A stretch of 63,857 nt of DNA, filler included, from Octopus bimaculoides (taxonomy: Eukaryota), in NCBI RefSeq assembly GCF_001194135.2. It is 10 parts of 9 records of this genome, joined end to end, with 100 filler letters (N's around TTAATTAATTAA, not from the genome) between each part and the next. Parts side by side here need not be neighbours in the genome. Positions count along the whole stretch, not along the records: positions 48,744 to 61,392 come from NC_068991.1; positions 61,493 to 62,698 come from NW_026433520.1; 8 more parts are not named here. The stretch is one strand, 5' to 3'. The notes under the pieces are model-generated. The model made no database searches and was not told where the DNA came from. It saw only the letters and a list, made by a program, of their open reading frames with translations. Made by a program: the position numbers and the translations under genes. Positions within the stretch are counted from its first letter, which is position 1, and each line of letters begins with the position of its first letter. Below, in pieces: positions 50,425-61,770 of this stretch.

Positions 50425-50982
50425 CTTTTTCTTGTATAACTGAAATAATACAAGGAACATCATTATATTAATGTCTAGTTTTCCATGCTTACATAGGTCA
50501 ATAACATTTTTACTGATGCAGAATTTTCTATGGCCAGATGCTCTTCCTGTTTCAAACCTTTTGTCTATTTCCAGGCACTCCAGCACTCTTTATGCGACAT
50601 GTGTGGGCCTGTACTCTCCTGTTAAGTAAATTATTGGAATGACAGCTACCATGACCAGACCTGGGATGAATATTTAAGTGGATTCCCATTGACTTCTCCA
50701 TCTGTTGATGGGAACTGAACTCAGAAAGTAGAGAGTCAGAAGATATACCATAAAGCATATCTGACGATGCGCCAACGATCCTGCCATTTTCCCACCAGCA
50801 GAATGTGAAACGAAAATTTTTGCGCAAGAACACAACATGCCACCCAGTACAGGAATTGAATCCACAATCTAGCAATTGTGAGGGCAACACCCGAACCACT
50901 AGGCCACAGAAACATCCCTAAACTTTTGATAGGAAGCCTAACGAAAACGATGGTTCTGAAATTACATTTACCATAAGATTTA

Positions 50983-52829
50983 TCATCATCCTCATCGTTT
51001 AACGTCTGTTTTCCATGCTAGCATGGGTTGGACGGTTTCGACCAGGGTCTGGGAAGCCAGGAGGCTGTACCAGACACCAGTCTGATCTGGCAGTGTTTCT
51101 ACAGCTGGATGCCCTTCCTAACGCCAACCACTCCTTGAGTGTAGTGGGTGCTTTTTACATGCCACTGGCACAGGGGCCTGAGGAGGCTAGCAATAGCCAC
51201 GATCAGTTGGTGCTTTTTACGTGCCACCGGCACGGAAGCCAGTCAAGTCGGCGCTGGCATCAGCCACGTTCGGATGGTGCTTTTTACATGCCACTGGCAC
51301 AGGTATCACAACTACAATTTCCATTGATTTTTATTTTGATGTTGATGTACTTCACTCAATAAGTTTCCTCAAGCACAGCAGGTTGCCCTCTGATCCAAGG
51401 TACTTTTGAATGGGCTTGGGTTGGTTATGCGAAACTGGTGTAGGATACAGCTGTGAACCGACTTTATTTATCGGGTTTTTGCTGTCACGGCATATCTCCA
51501 GAGGTCTTGATTTTTCGTCATTGCCTCTGTTTGAAGGGTCATGCTTGACCACCTCATCCCATGTCTTCCTGGGTCTACTGCTACTCCGGATACCGTCAAC
51601 TTTGGGAGTGGCATTTCTTCACACATCTCTCCTCATCCATCTGTAGTACATGACCATACCAGCGCAAACATCTCTCTTGCACGCCACATCCGATGCCTCT
51701 TAGGTCCAACATTTCTCTCAGGTCGCTTATTACACATCCAGCAGATCATGCTAGCTTCATTTCTTTCGAGCCTACGCATGTCCTCCGCAGTCACAACCCA
51801 TGTTTCACTGGCGTGAAGCATGGCAGTTCGCACACATGCATCGTACAGTCTACCTTTCACTCTGACTGAGAAGCCTTTGTCACCACTAGGGGTAGAAGCT
51901 TTCTAAACTTTGCCCAGGCTAATCTTATTCTAGTGGTAACACTCTCTGAGCATCCACCCCCACTACTAACTTGGTCACCTAGGTAGCGGAAGCTATCAAC
52001 TACTGGTGTGTGGTGGAATCTGTTTTCTGAGCATCTGTGGTGTTTATTGCCCCTGTGCATCTGCCGCACATGAAAGCTATCTTCTCGGTTAATCTTCCTT
52101 TGATGTTGCTGCACCTCTTATGTGTCCATAGCTTACACTGGGTACATCTTACGGAGTTTCTACCTATACACTTTTTCTACACATCGAGCAGGGCCACCTA
52201 CCTGAGTGGGTGTGTGATGAGTTCGCCTTCCTACTTACTAGAACTTTGGTCTTTGCTACATCGACTCTAAGGCCTTTTGATTCTAAACCTTACTTCCACA
52301 CCCAAATTTCTTTTCTAGTTCCAGTAGTGATTCTGCTATGAGGGCCAGGTCATCAGCATAGAGGAGCTCCCAGAGGCAACCTGTCTTGAATTTCTCTGTT
52401 ATTGCCTGGAGGACTATGATGAATAAAAGGGGACTGAGGGCTGAACCTTGGTGGACCCCTACTTCTACCTGGAATTCTTCACTATACTCATTGCCATGAC
52501 TCTATCATGACTCTATCATGAACGACCTGGTTTACAATGCGAGTGACTAGGCCATAGACCACACCACCAGATGTTTTAAGCAGCTCAGCAGTGATTCCTG
52601 ATGAGCCTGGGGCTTTTCCTGGCTTTATACCCTTAATTGCTTTATCTACAAGGGAACTGGCTATTCGGATAGCTGGTCCCTCTACTGGGTCAACATTTGG
52701 CAGGCTCTCCTCCTCTCATTCATTCTCCACGTTCAGCAGTCTTTCATAATGGCTTCTTTAAGCCTCTTTCTTTTCAGAATCATCAAAAGCAAGTGCACCA
52801 TCATCCATGCTGACACATTTCTCTCCTAC
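50983..52829 (-). mobile_element. RTE-clade LINE, 3' half (RT, PHD-like finger, C-terminus, 3' UTR, (GAT)n tail), disrupted
   Basis: KAPGSSGITAELLK; VGVHQGSALSPLLF; ELLYADDL (YADD at 52360-52349); RIRLAWAKF; KGRLYDACVRTAMLHASETW; tail ccaacccatgctagcatggaaaacagacgttaaacgatgaggatgatga. Confidence 0.93.
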
Positions 52830-53043
52830 TAACATACAAATTAAATATGAAAATTAAAAAAAAAGACCTGCTATTATTAAAAAAATATTTCAAGTGACAT
52901 TTTATGGCATTGTCAGAGTAGCCTCCCTTGTAGTAAACAAATGAACGAGTTCCAAGAGTTACTTAGCTCTAGGTCACTATTAACAGGGTAGACCTACATT
53001 TACTCTAGCATTGACCATCCGGTCTTTTCCTGGTAACGCTTAC

Positions 53044-53130
53044 TTCGGCCCACAGTAACGTCTTCTCATGGTAGCATTTGCTGTGAGTTGGATGTTTGTC
53101 GTTTTGTTATTCCTAACAAGTTCCGGTATA
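53044..53130 (-). promoter_or_regulatory. Candidate non-coding first exon and promoter of the gene starting at 50424
   Basis: Donor GAA|GTAAGC at 53044/53043; locally CpG-richer; CCGGAA and ATCGAT motifs near 53120-53137; an in-frame TAA and no in-frame ATG make it 5' UTR. Confidence 0.45.
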
Positions 53131-53149
53131 CATCGATCATGAGTGTTAT

Positions 53150-55170
53150 AGTAAATATTTATAGGGAAAGTGAACGGGTTGGTGAGGAGGGGAGCAAAAA
53201 TTCACGAGTCCGTTTTGTTTCTTCATAACTTGCAGAAAAATGGGAAGCGTATTTTCCAAAGGTATTTCCTACAAATACCTTTCAGATGGTGTAGATTACG
53301 ATTATATCGGAATTTAATATAAAAAGAAATTGGAGGGTTGCAAACAAACATATTGACACACATCACATGTATCAACAAAATGAAACTTGAAATTTCGGGA
53401 AAGATTGCCGAGTAAAAGTTTACCCATGTTCTTTCTGCGGGTCATAAACAAAAATTGTATCGATTTTGTTTTAGTACACACTTTAAGCCCAGACGTATCA
53501 TATATATATTCAAACAGGACAGCAAGGCAATCCTTCGATATATATTTATGCGACACTGTTTTGTTGTTTTTCCCCCTAAAAAAATTGGTCCGCCAGCACG
53601 CATTTTTTTTTTCATATTTGTTTACTACATGTTGTTTTACACCTTTTTCATTATATTTTTTTTCATTTTTGTGACCGGGTGTCGAAAGTGATGTTACTGA
53701 ATCGTGTGAATTATCCGAGTCAACACCTCACCCACTCCCGTCACAAAGAATTGAAGAAAGAAATAGTGTTACTAGGTGTAAAATGATGTGTAGTAAACGA
53801 GGCAATCCTTCGTTTTAACTCGACAAAATCAAAACAAACGAATATGAAGAAAAAAATATTCCGAGTCCTTTCCATTTTTTTTTTTCATATTTGTTTATTA
53901 CATGTTGTTTTACACATAATTCTTTTTTTTTTCTTTGTTCGGATCAAACACTGGAGTTTGACCAAAAAATTACTGAGTGATCATTGTCCCTAATTTACAA
54001 ACGCTTTTCTTCATTTAGTCGTATCAAAGAGGTCGATGAAAAATATATATATATGTGAAATACCGATAACTAAAGGAAGAATTCCCAGCTGTTATTTCCT
54101 GAATGTCGATCGATCGCAAGAAGGCTTAATCGATGCTTCGAGCTGGAACTAATTGTCGACTCCAAGTCAGTTCTGAGTGAACAAGCTAATCAAGTGCCAG
54201 TGTTAGAGTTCCTTCGTTAGCTCTGTAACGTTAAGTTAGGGAACCCTATTCGCCTATGACGAAACTTTAAAAAATCAAGCTTGAGCATATATATACAAAC
54301 ACTAGTTGTTTGAGACTATAAGGTTACATAAGCAGTTAAAATTTTTTTAACAATGATTGTCAACATGGAATATTCAGAAAAGTCTTGCCGAATATTCTAG
54401 TCAAGTACTGATATTCTGTAAATAATTTCTATTTGCATCATAACCGGGAGTTTAGTAAGAATCACCTACGCATATGTTGATTTTTTTTCCCCTCGAAAAA
54501 TAACTTCGTAGCCAACTTAAAAATCGAAAGTAAAATTTACTAAGTCATTTACGAGACATAAATACGCAAACAACCTAGTAAATAAATTCATTTATATTTG
54601 TATTAAAACTGTAAATAGTTCGTGTGGATGCAAATAAATCATTTAAAACATTTATCTTCGAAAAAGTTTAATTACTCACCAGACCACAAGATTACTTCGT
54701 AAATGGCGCGAAATTTTAACACAGATATTAACTCCCCTCTCAGTCGGCGTAATATTAAGATAAGTTCCTTTGAAATTAGATGTCCGAGTAATCCTCGTTC
54801 GCTAAATATTGAATGGGTTGGTTCCCTTACAATTAGATACAAATCCACAAGTTGCAGTAAAAATAAATAACCTGATACCCGAATATTTTTAATATCGTTG
54901 TGAAATTAACTGTGTGAAGTTTTCGTTTACTTGAAATAAATAAGTAACTGGTCTGGTTGTTAATTAATAATTCGGTGGACATTGGAATTAGACACTGAAG
55001 GAAAATGGCTGTAACTTTTTTATTTTTTAATTTTGACGATATTCGTTTTCGATAATGTGTTCTATATGTCACGGTCATGCGATTCCCCCTAAAAAAATTT
55101 TGGACCACCCCCTCCCCTCCCCCACACACGGGGGGGGGGCGATTTTCATTTTTGACATTGTGTTCTACAT
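53150..55170. repeat. Unclassified ~2-kb non-coding element with an internal ~275-bp duplication
   Basis: aggcaatccttcg at 53525 and 53800; tttttcatatttgttta(c/t)tacatgttgttttacac at 53602 and 53874; no convincing ORF. Confidence 0.35.
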
Positions 55171-55179
55171 GTTCAGGTC

Positions 55180-55698
55180 GTACGAATAGCCTTCTCGCAA
55201 CTTAGATGTGAAAATTATACTGTCCATTACCCAACAAAGTTCCTTAATTCTCTTGAGCCACCTAGAACTCCTCCACATAAACTTTTTCTGAAGGCAGGAG
55301 TCCTAATAATGCTTCTAAGAAATTTAGATCCTCCTAAATTATGCAATGGGACAAGGTTGATTGTGAAAACATTATCATCTGATGTCATAGAAGCTACCAT
55401 CATCACTGGATGTGCCTCTAGGGAAGAAGTTTTCATTCCAAGAATTCCAATCAAGCCAACAGACATGTTATGTGAGTTCAAACGAACACAATTCCTAGTG
55501 TGAGTTTACTTCGCAATGTTTATTAATAAAGCTCAAGGTCAGGCTTTGAAATCTACTGGCTCTCACTTATTTGAGCCTTGCTTTTCTCATGGTCAACTTT
55601 ATGTTGGTTGCTCCAGGGTTGGTAATTTGCAAAACGTATTTGTCTATGCTCCAAACCAGAAAACAAAGAATGTTGTTTACCCAGAAGCTCTTAAGTAA
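55180..55698 (+). mobile_element. Helitron PIF1-like helicase C-terminal fragment (pseudogene)
   Basis: MLLRNLDPPKLCNGTRL...FIPRIP..FKRTQF..FAMFINKAQGQ..CFSHGQLYVGCSRV..TKNVVYPEAL*. Confidence 0.9.
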
Positions 55699-56014
55699 TT
55701 TCCTTCAACATATGTGATAGAATTTAATCTCCCTTCATAAAAGTGGTAAATTTTGTATTTTCGTTTATTATTATTATTATCATTTTGTATTATGAACTCA
55801 GAATTGATTTTCCATTTGAAGAATAAATTGTATCCCAGTTGAAGAATAAGTTTGTGGTTTATTTATTATTCAAGCTTATGTCTATTCCTCCGTGGTGTTG
55901 TTTTGCATTTATAATGAAATAGATATATACAAATTATAAAAATAATGAATAAAAGCATACAGCACAGTACTGTTTCTACTTTGTAGATTTTCACCTGCAA
56001 TAATCAAGGGAATA

Positions 56015-56053
<39 letters not shown>

Positions 56054-56193
56054 GATATNNNNNNNNNNNNNNNNNNNNNNNNNNNNNNNNNNNNNNNNNN
56101 NNNNNNNNNNNNNNNNNNNNNNNNNNNNNNNNNNNNNNNNNNNNNNNNNNNNNNNNNNNNNNNNNNNNNNNNNNNNNNNNNNNNNNNNNNNNN

Positions 56194-57120
56194 AAGTTTA
56201 CGGGTAAAAACTCAATTAAATTCAATTTATCAAAAATTGAAATTAAATTAAGTTTCACAGTATAAAATATATAAATATATAGTTTTAGAGAAAAGAACCA
56301 AAGTTCATGAACTCATTCATGAAAATCCACAGTCACATATAGAAAAATTAATAAGTAAATGGACAATAAATAAGTATAATATGATACAAAGTAAAAATCA
56401 TAAGATAATGATAATAAAACGACTACACGTGTTTCATGACCAAGTTTTCAAAGAGAAAATAAAATATATTAAAATCGATTAAATTAATCGAAAATCAATT
56501 CTATTCAACGATATAGCTAATCTTCAGGTCAAAATACAACAATAATAATAATAAAAAGAATGTATATATCAACCAACAATAAATAACAAATGAATGTATA
56601 TAAAAATACTTATTATATTAAGATAGAAAAATGTAAAACAACATTATTAAAATTATCAAAAATTATAAATGTGCCATAATTAACTTTACGTTTATTATAA
56701 TATAAACTAACAGAAATATTATATGCAAATCTTATCTTAACGAATCTTTCGTTTAAACTAAAATTATAAACGTAAAATATAAATTAACAAAAAATTCATT
56801 TATATAAATTAATATATAAAAGCAATTATATCACCATTAAATAAAGGAAAACACATTTAACAAAATTATTGAAAAGAAATACAAAATTTATCTAATCGCA
56901 TCTTTAGTTTAAATAAAATTAAAATGTACTATTGACTTATATAAAAAAATTATATAAAAATTATATAAAGAAATTATATAAAAAAAACTACTTATTTATC
57001 CCATAAATCAAAAAGAAATATTAAACAGTATTATTGGAAAAATTTCAACCCTAATCTAATCGAAGTTTTCGTTTAAACTAAAATGATAAACTTAATACTA
57101 TTAACTTACTGTTAAATAAG
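56194..57120. repeat. Very AT-rich PLE-terminal-repeat-like region with a ~55-bp direct repeat
   Basis: ttcgtttaaactaaaat(t/g)ataaac at ~56748 and ~57068; contains the hammerhead-like motif at 56420-56531. Confidence 0.4.
56420..56531 (-). ncRNA. Degenerate type-I hammerhead motif with ~85-nt AT-rich stem II domain
   Basis: TGAC-CTGAAGA...GAAAC-ACGTGT-A-GTCG: intact cores, 8-bp palindromic stem III (ACACGTGT), GUA triplet, stem I UGAC/GUCG; the base of stem II pairs poorly. Confidence 0.5.
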
Positions 57121-58130
57121 GTATCGGCTAACATATGTAATAAAATGTATAATAGCTAATTGAAATAAATGTCATAATATATAATATACAGTATATATAA
57201 TACAAATAATAAATGAGTATATGCATATATACGTACATGTATGTACATACTTACATCTACCTGTATACATAGATGCATATCTGGGTACAGGACATTGCAA
57301 ACAAAACGTAGACAAAATGATAAACAAGTACAGAAAACACATAGGCCACATAGAGAACATTTCCTTCATCAGCTGCCAGACGCATCGTTAAAATGGCTCT
57401 TCCCACGGACTACAAATTAAATTTGTAACGTGGAGGAATGTAGTGGGGGACAGAAAAGGAAACAGTGAGAACAAACAAGAAGGCTACACGGCCAGACGTG
57501 AAAAAAATATATGTGTGCTGAACGCTGTAAAGCAACAAACTCGAAGGGAGACGAAGAATGTTCATGCCAGCTTCTCGAAGGCGAAGATATGAAAGAAAGA
57601 TAAGTAGCCGGACACGTGACCAGCGAAGGGTAAGGAGAAAAAGTGGTAGAGGGAGAAAAAAGGGGGATGAAGTAGAAGATAAGTGAGCAAAGAGAGACAG
57701 GGAGGATCATAATTAAATATATATATATATATTTCACTCGTAATTAAATCTGCACAGGCAAAACAGCAGTCTTTAATGAAATAATGAATGAACGAACCTT
57801 AATTTCTGAATTTATCACATTCTGACCATCATTTCATACCACCTCCCAATGCATCACCTATCAGAGTAATATCATTATTTTCAAAAGTTTAATAACAAGG
57901 CTTTAAATTATGAGCAATATTTCCATGAATTTTTGAACAGCCTAGTAACAAAAGTTAGACTACAATTTGTGTGATTTCTATGGTTATAACATACTGCGAT
58001 CAAATGTCCTGCCTCCTTCCTACCTACGAAAAATTGTTCAAACCATGTGCTCACAAAAACCATTGCAGCTTGCGTGGAGACGCGGATCAGAGGTTATCTT
58101 TTTTTTTTTTTTTTTTCTACTAGGCCTTGA

Positions 58131-59987
58131 TATATATATATATATATATGTCAGGTTGAGTGTGAGTGTGTAAACCTGCATAACTTCTAAAGTTCACAAC
58201 TGATTTTCCCCCAAACTGGGAACATACATTACTTATGTTCCAGAGATGATTTTAGACTCTTAAAATTTTTCACATAAAGAGTAACAAACCCTCTGGAAAC
58301 AGAAAACATCCATTCCTGGGTTACATGGATAAGGAAGGTAACTCTTTGCAAAGTACCTTTCAATAATTGATTGTCTCCCTTACATCCAGTGTAATTATTC
58401 TGATGAACGTTTTTCAGTTTTTTAAGATATTGATATTAATGCTCTTCATTAACATTTAATTATGAACATAAGAGTGTAATCTCAGCTCATTGTATGTATT
58501 TCTTAAAATTTGCTAAGATACTGATATTATTTACCCTTTTTTTATTGACGTTTTATTATTAATGTACAATTGTCATCTTATTTGATTACATCATATTTCT
58601 TGACATAATGTCTCCAAAGAGGAGATCCTCCATTGGTCGAAAAATTATCACAAACTGAATTGGGTGTGTGGAAGAGCAATACTGGCTCGAAAAAACAGCA
58701 CTGTAAGTAAAATTAATGGGCAGCTGCTGCAGTACGTTCCTGGAAGTCCTCACATCTATAAGTCAGTTGGTACAATCCCAGATACAGAAGAGGTGGTAAA
58801 CTATCCAACAGAATTTCTCAATTCATTCGAGCCTCCAGGACTACCTCTCCACATATTGATGCTTAAAATGGGAACTCCGGTAATGTTATTGAGAAATTTG
58901 GACCCACCAACACTCTGCAATGGGACATGCCTGATGGTAAAGAAGATGATGCCACATGTTACTGAGGCCACCATTCTCTCTGGATGTCAAAAAGGAGAGG
59001 ATGTTTTCATACCCAGGATTCCTCTCATTCCATCAGGAAGAGAAGTTCTTTTTTCATTCAGAAGAGTACAATTTCCTATTCGTATCAGCTTCACAATGTC
59101 TATCAATAAATCCCAGGGTCAAACACTGTCTGTGGTCAGACTTTGCTTGAAAGCATCATGCTTCTCACATGGGCAATTATATGATGGCTGTTCTAGAGTG
59201 GGAAGCAAAAAAAAGGATCTATTTGCATTTGTTCTACAAATATTGTTTACCAAGAGGTTTTGTAGGAATTACTATATCCTACAATGTGGTCCAGTAACCA
59301 CTTCTCTTTATGAATGGTGAAGATGGATACCATTTTGGCATTCCACAGCATAATACCAACAAACCCAAAGACTGCACCAACAAAGCAGTTTCATGCATGG
59401 ACTTCAGTATCAAAGCATATTCTCCAATTACTCCTACCAACCATGCAGTAAACCATTACACCTTATTTTTTCAAGTAATTCATTACTAGATGTTCTCATG
59501 TGATGCATAGCCTCAGTTTATGTTTCTTATTCTACAGCCACACCAGCAATCCAATGTCAACCCTTTACCTTCTGTAACATTTCAACATTTCACTTCCTTG
59601 TTGCTGTCTCCTTTGTAGCCCCTTTCCGGAATGTATCCATTTACATACAATATCTCCATTATGTATACATTCATTGGACTGTCAACCATATGATGGGTCA
59701 TGTTAGATGCAGCACCAGCTGCCACAAAGGAGAGTATATCCACTGAGTTTTCAGTGTGTTAAAAAATCACATACCCTATCATCCTTAATTTTCCCTGACA
59801 GGTTAGGGCTTGGAATCCACCAAACGAATGCATGACATTTTGCTTAGTCCAATTAGCCCATCATTTACTCCACAAATGTTTTGTCATCAATGCTGCACTT
59901 TCCCATATCACACGTCAACATAATTGCAATATATATGTACAAACTATGCCATTTTTAATCCTGAGCAACACTGGATATCTCTGCTAG
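58131..59987 (+). mobile_element. Helitron derivative: helicase fragment, Rep fragment and 3' terminus
   Basis: ORF 58664-59320 (RAILARKN..YPTEFLNSFEPPGLP..LLRNLDPPTLCNGT..FIPRIP..SINKSQGQTL..FSHGQLY..SRV); 3' ~380 bp homologous to 47540-47915; ends CTAG|T at 59984-59988. Confidence 0.9.
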
Positions 59988-60244
59988 TATATATAAAATT
60001 TCAAGTTTTTGACTTTACAACTTATGTCCCTTTACAATTTGACATTTTTTAATTACAGATTACACAAGGAGTCTAAAGTGACTCTGTTTGAGAGTTCAGC
60101 TTTTTCTTACCCTGAGCAAGGCTTCTATGACTTTGGGTAATTCACTTTGGCAGGAATTTTCACAGCTCTTATTAAAGTCTACCACCCTTAATTGCTGCAT
60201 ATCAGCTGACACTGTTTGGTCAAAAATATTTACATAAGCAGTAT

Positions 60245-60540
60245 TTTGTCTTTTACTTGTTTCAATCATTAAGCTGTGGTCAAGCTAGGGCTTCACTGCC
60301 TTGAACTTTTAGTTGAATGAATCAACCCTAATTCTTGTCTTCTTTTAAGTCTGGTACATATTTTGTTGGTCTCTTTCACCAAACTACTAAGTTATGCGGA
60401 TGTGAACACACCAGCACCAGTTGTCAAACAGTGTGGTGGGGGACAAACACAGAAACAAGACACTTGCCCAAAGTGTCACACAGTGGTACTGAACCCAGAA
60501 CCATGTGACTGGGAAACAAACTTCTTACCACACAGCCACA
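60245..60540 (-). mobile_element. CORE-type SINE family A (decayed, internally deleted)
   Basis: ttttacttgtttcaatcatt...ggacaaacacagaaacaagacacttgcccaaagtgtcacacagtggtactgaacccagaaccatgtg. Confidence 0.7.
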
Positions 60541-61095
60541 TTTGTACTTATACAAATTTTTCTCATACCTGTACAGCCATGTAGATAAATAAAGCTATAA
60601 CTCAAAACTGAAAATTTGAGTGAGGCAGTTCAAATCTAGGTAGAGACCTGCTACACACTACTAATTATTCTCTCATATTTAGTATTTATTCTTTCTACCT
60701 CTCTTTCCCACCCACCAACACCACCACCACCAACAAATATGTAGGTTTGTGCTAATATAAAAATAAAGCAAAATCCTTGTTTATAGCTATATTAAAACTT
60801 GCTGCTGGTTAACCTGAAAAGGCTAAGGAAATACCAGAAAATAATTCAGTTACTTATCTCATCACTAATGTTGCTACGTGCCTAAGGTCAACACACTTAA
60901 TTCTCCACAGTCATCCAAGATAGTAGGGCTTATGAACTGAGGGAGGTTTTGGCTCCTATAGAGGAGTGTTGTTGTTGTTGCTGTGGTAGTGGTGATCATG
61001 GTGGCAACGGCAACGATGGTGGTGGTGACAATAGTGCGATAGTCATTGTGCATATATGCATCTATATATACATGTAGATGTAGGTATGTACATAC

Positions 61096-61392
61096 ATCAT
61101 CATCATCATCATCATCGTTTAACGTCCGCTTTCCATGCTAGCATGGGTTCGACGATTTGACTGAGGACTGGTGAAACCGGATGGCAACACCAGGCTCCAG
61201 TCTGATTTGGCAGAGTTTCTACAGCTGGATGCCCTTCCTAACGCCAACCACTCAGAGAGTGTAGTGGGTGCTTTTACGTGTCACCCGCACGAAAACGGCC
61301 ACGCTCGAAATGGTGTCTTTTATGTGCCACCCGCACAAGCCAGTCCAGGGGCACTGGCAACGATCTCGCTCGAAAATCCTACAGGAGCCAGT
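61096..61392 (-). mobile_element. RTE LINE 3' end with (GAT)n tail
   Basis: catcatcatcgtttaacgtccgctttccatgctagcatgggtt...gatgcccttcctaacgccaaccac; homologous to 50983-51300. Confidence 0.85.
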
Positions 61393-61737
61393 NNNNNNNN
61401 NNNNNNNNNNNNNNNNNNNNNNNNNNNNNNNNNNNNTTAATTAATTAANNNNNNNNNNNNNNNNNNNNNNNNNNNNNNNNNNNNNNNNNNNNTGTTAAAT
61501 TTTAAGGCACAATAAGAAAACGACTCTCCCCAGACACAACAGTATATATATATATAGCATGTGTGCATGTAGGTGTGTATCTGTGGTGTAATGCTAATGT
61601 TTATAAGCATAAATAGAAATTCACTCACTGTCTTGCCAACACTAAAAACTAAATGTTTCTCCACTTTTTATCCACGTAAACAGAACCAAGAAGGGCCAGA
61701 CAGTTGTGCTGGTTTGTACTTTATATATATATCTGTG

Positions 61738-61770
<33 letters not shown>

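Noticed and set aside
52590-52625. CTGATGAGCC inside the RTE
   Set aside because: Part of RTE coding sequence on the other strand; no GAAA core downstream.
57340-57385. Minus-strand CAGCTGATGAAGG suggesting a hammerhead
   Set aside because: No GAAA/stem III/NUH half follows within the visible sequence.
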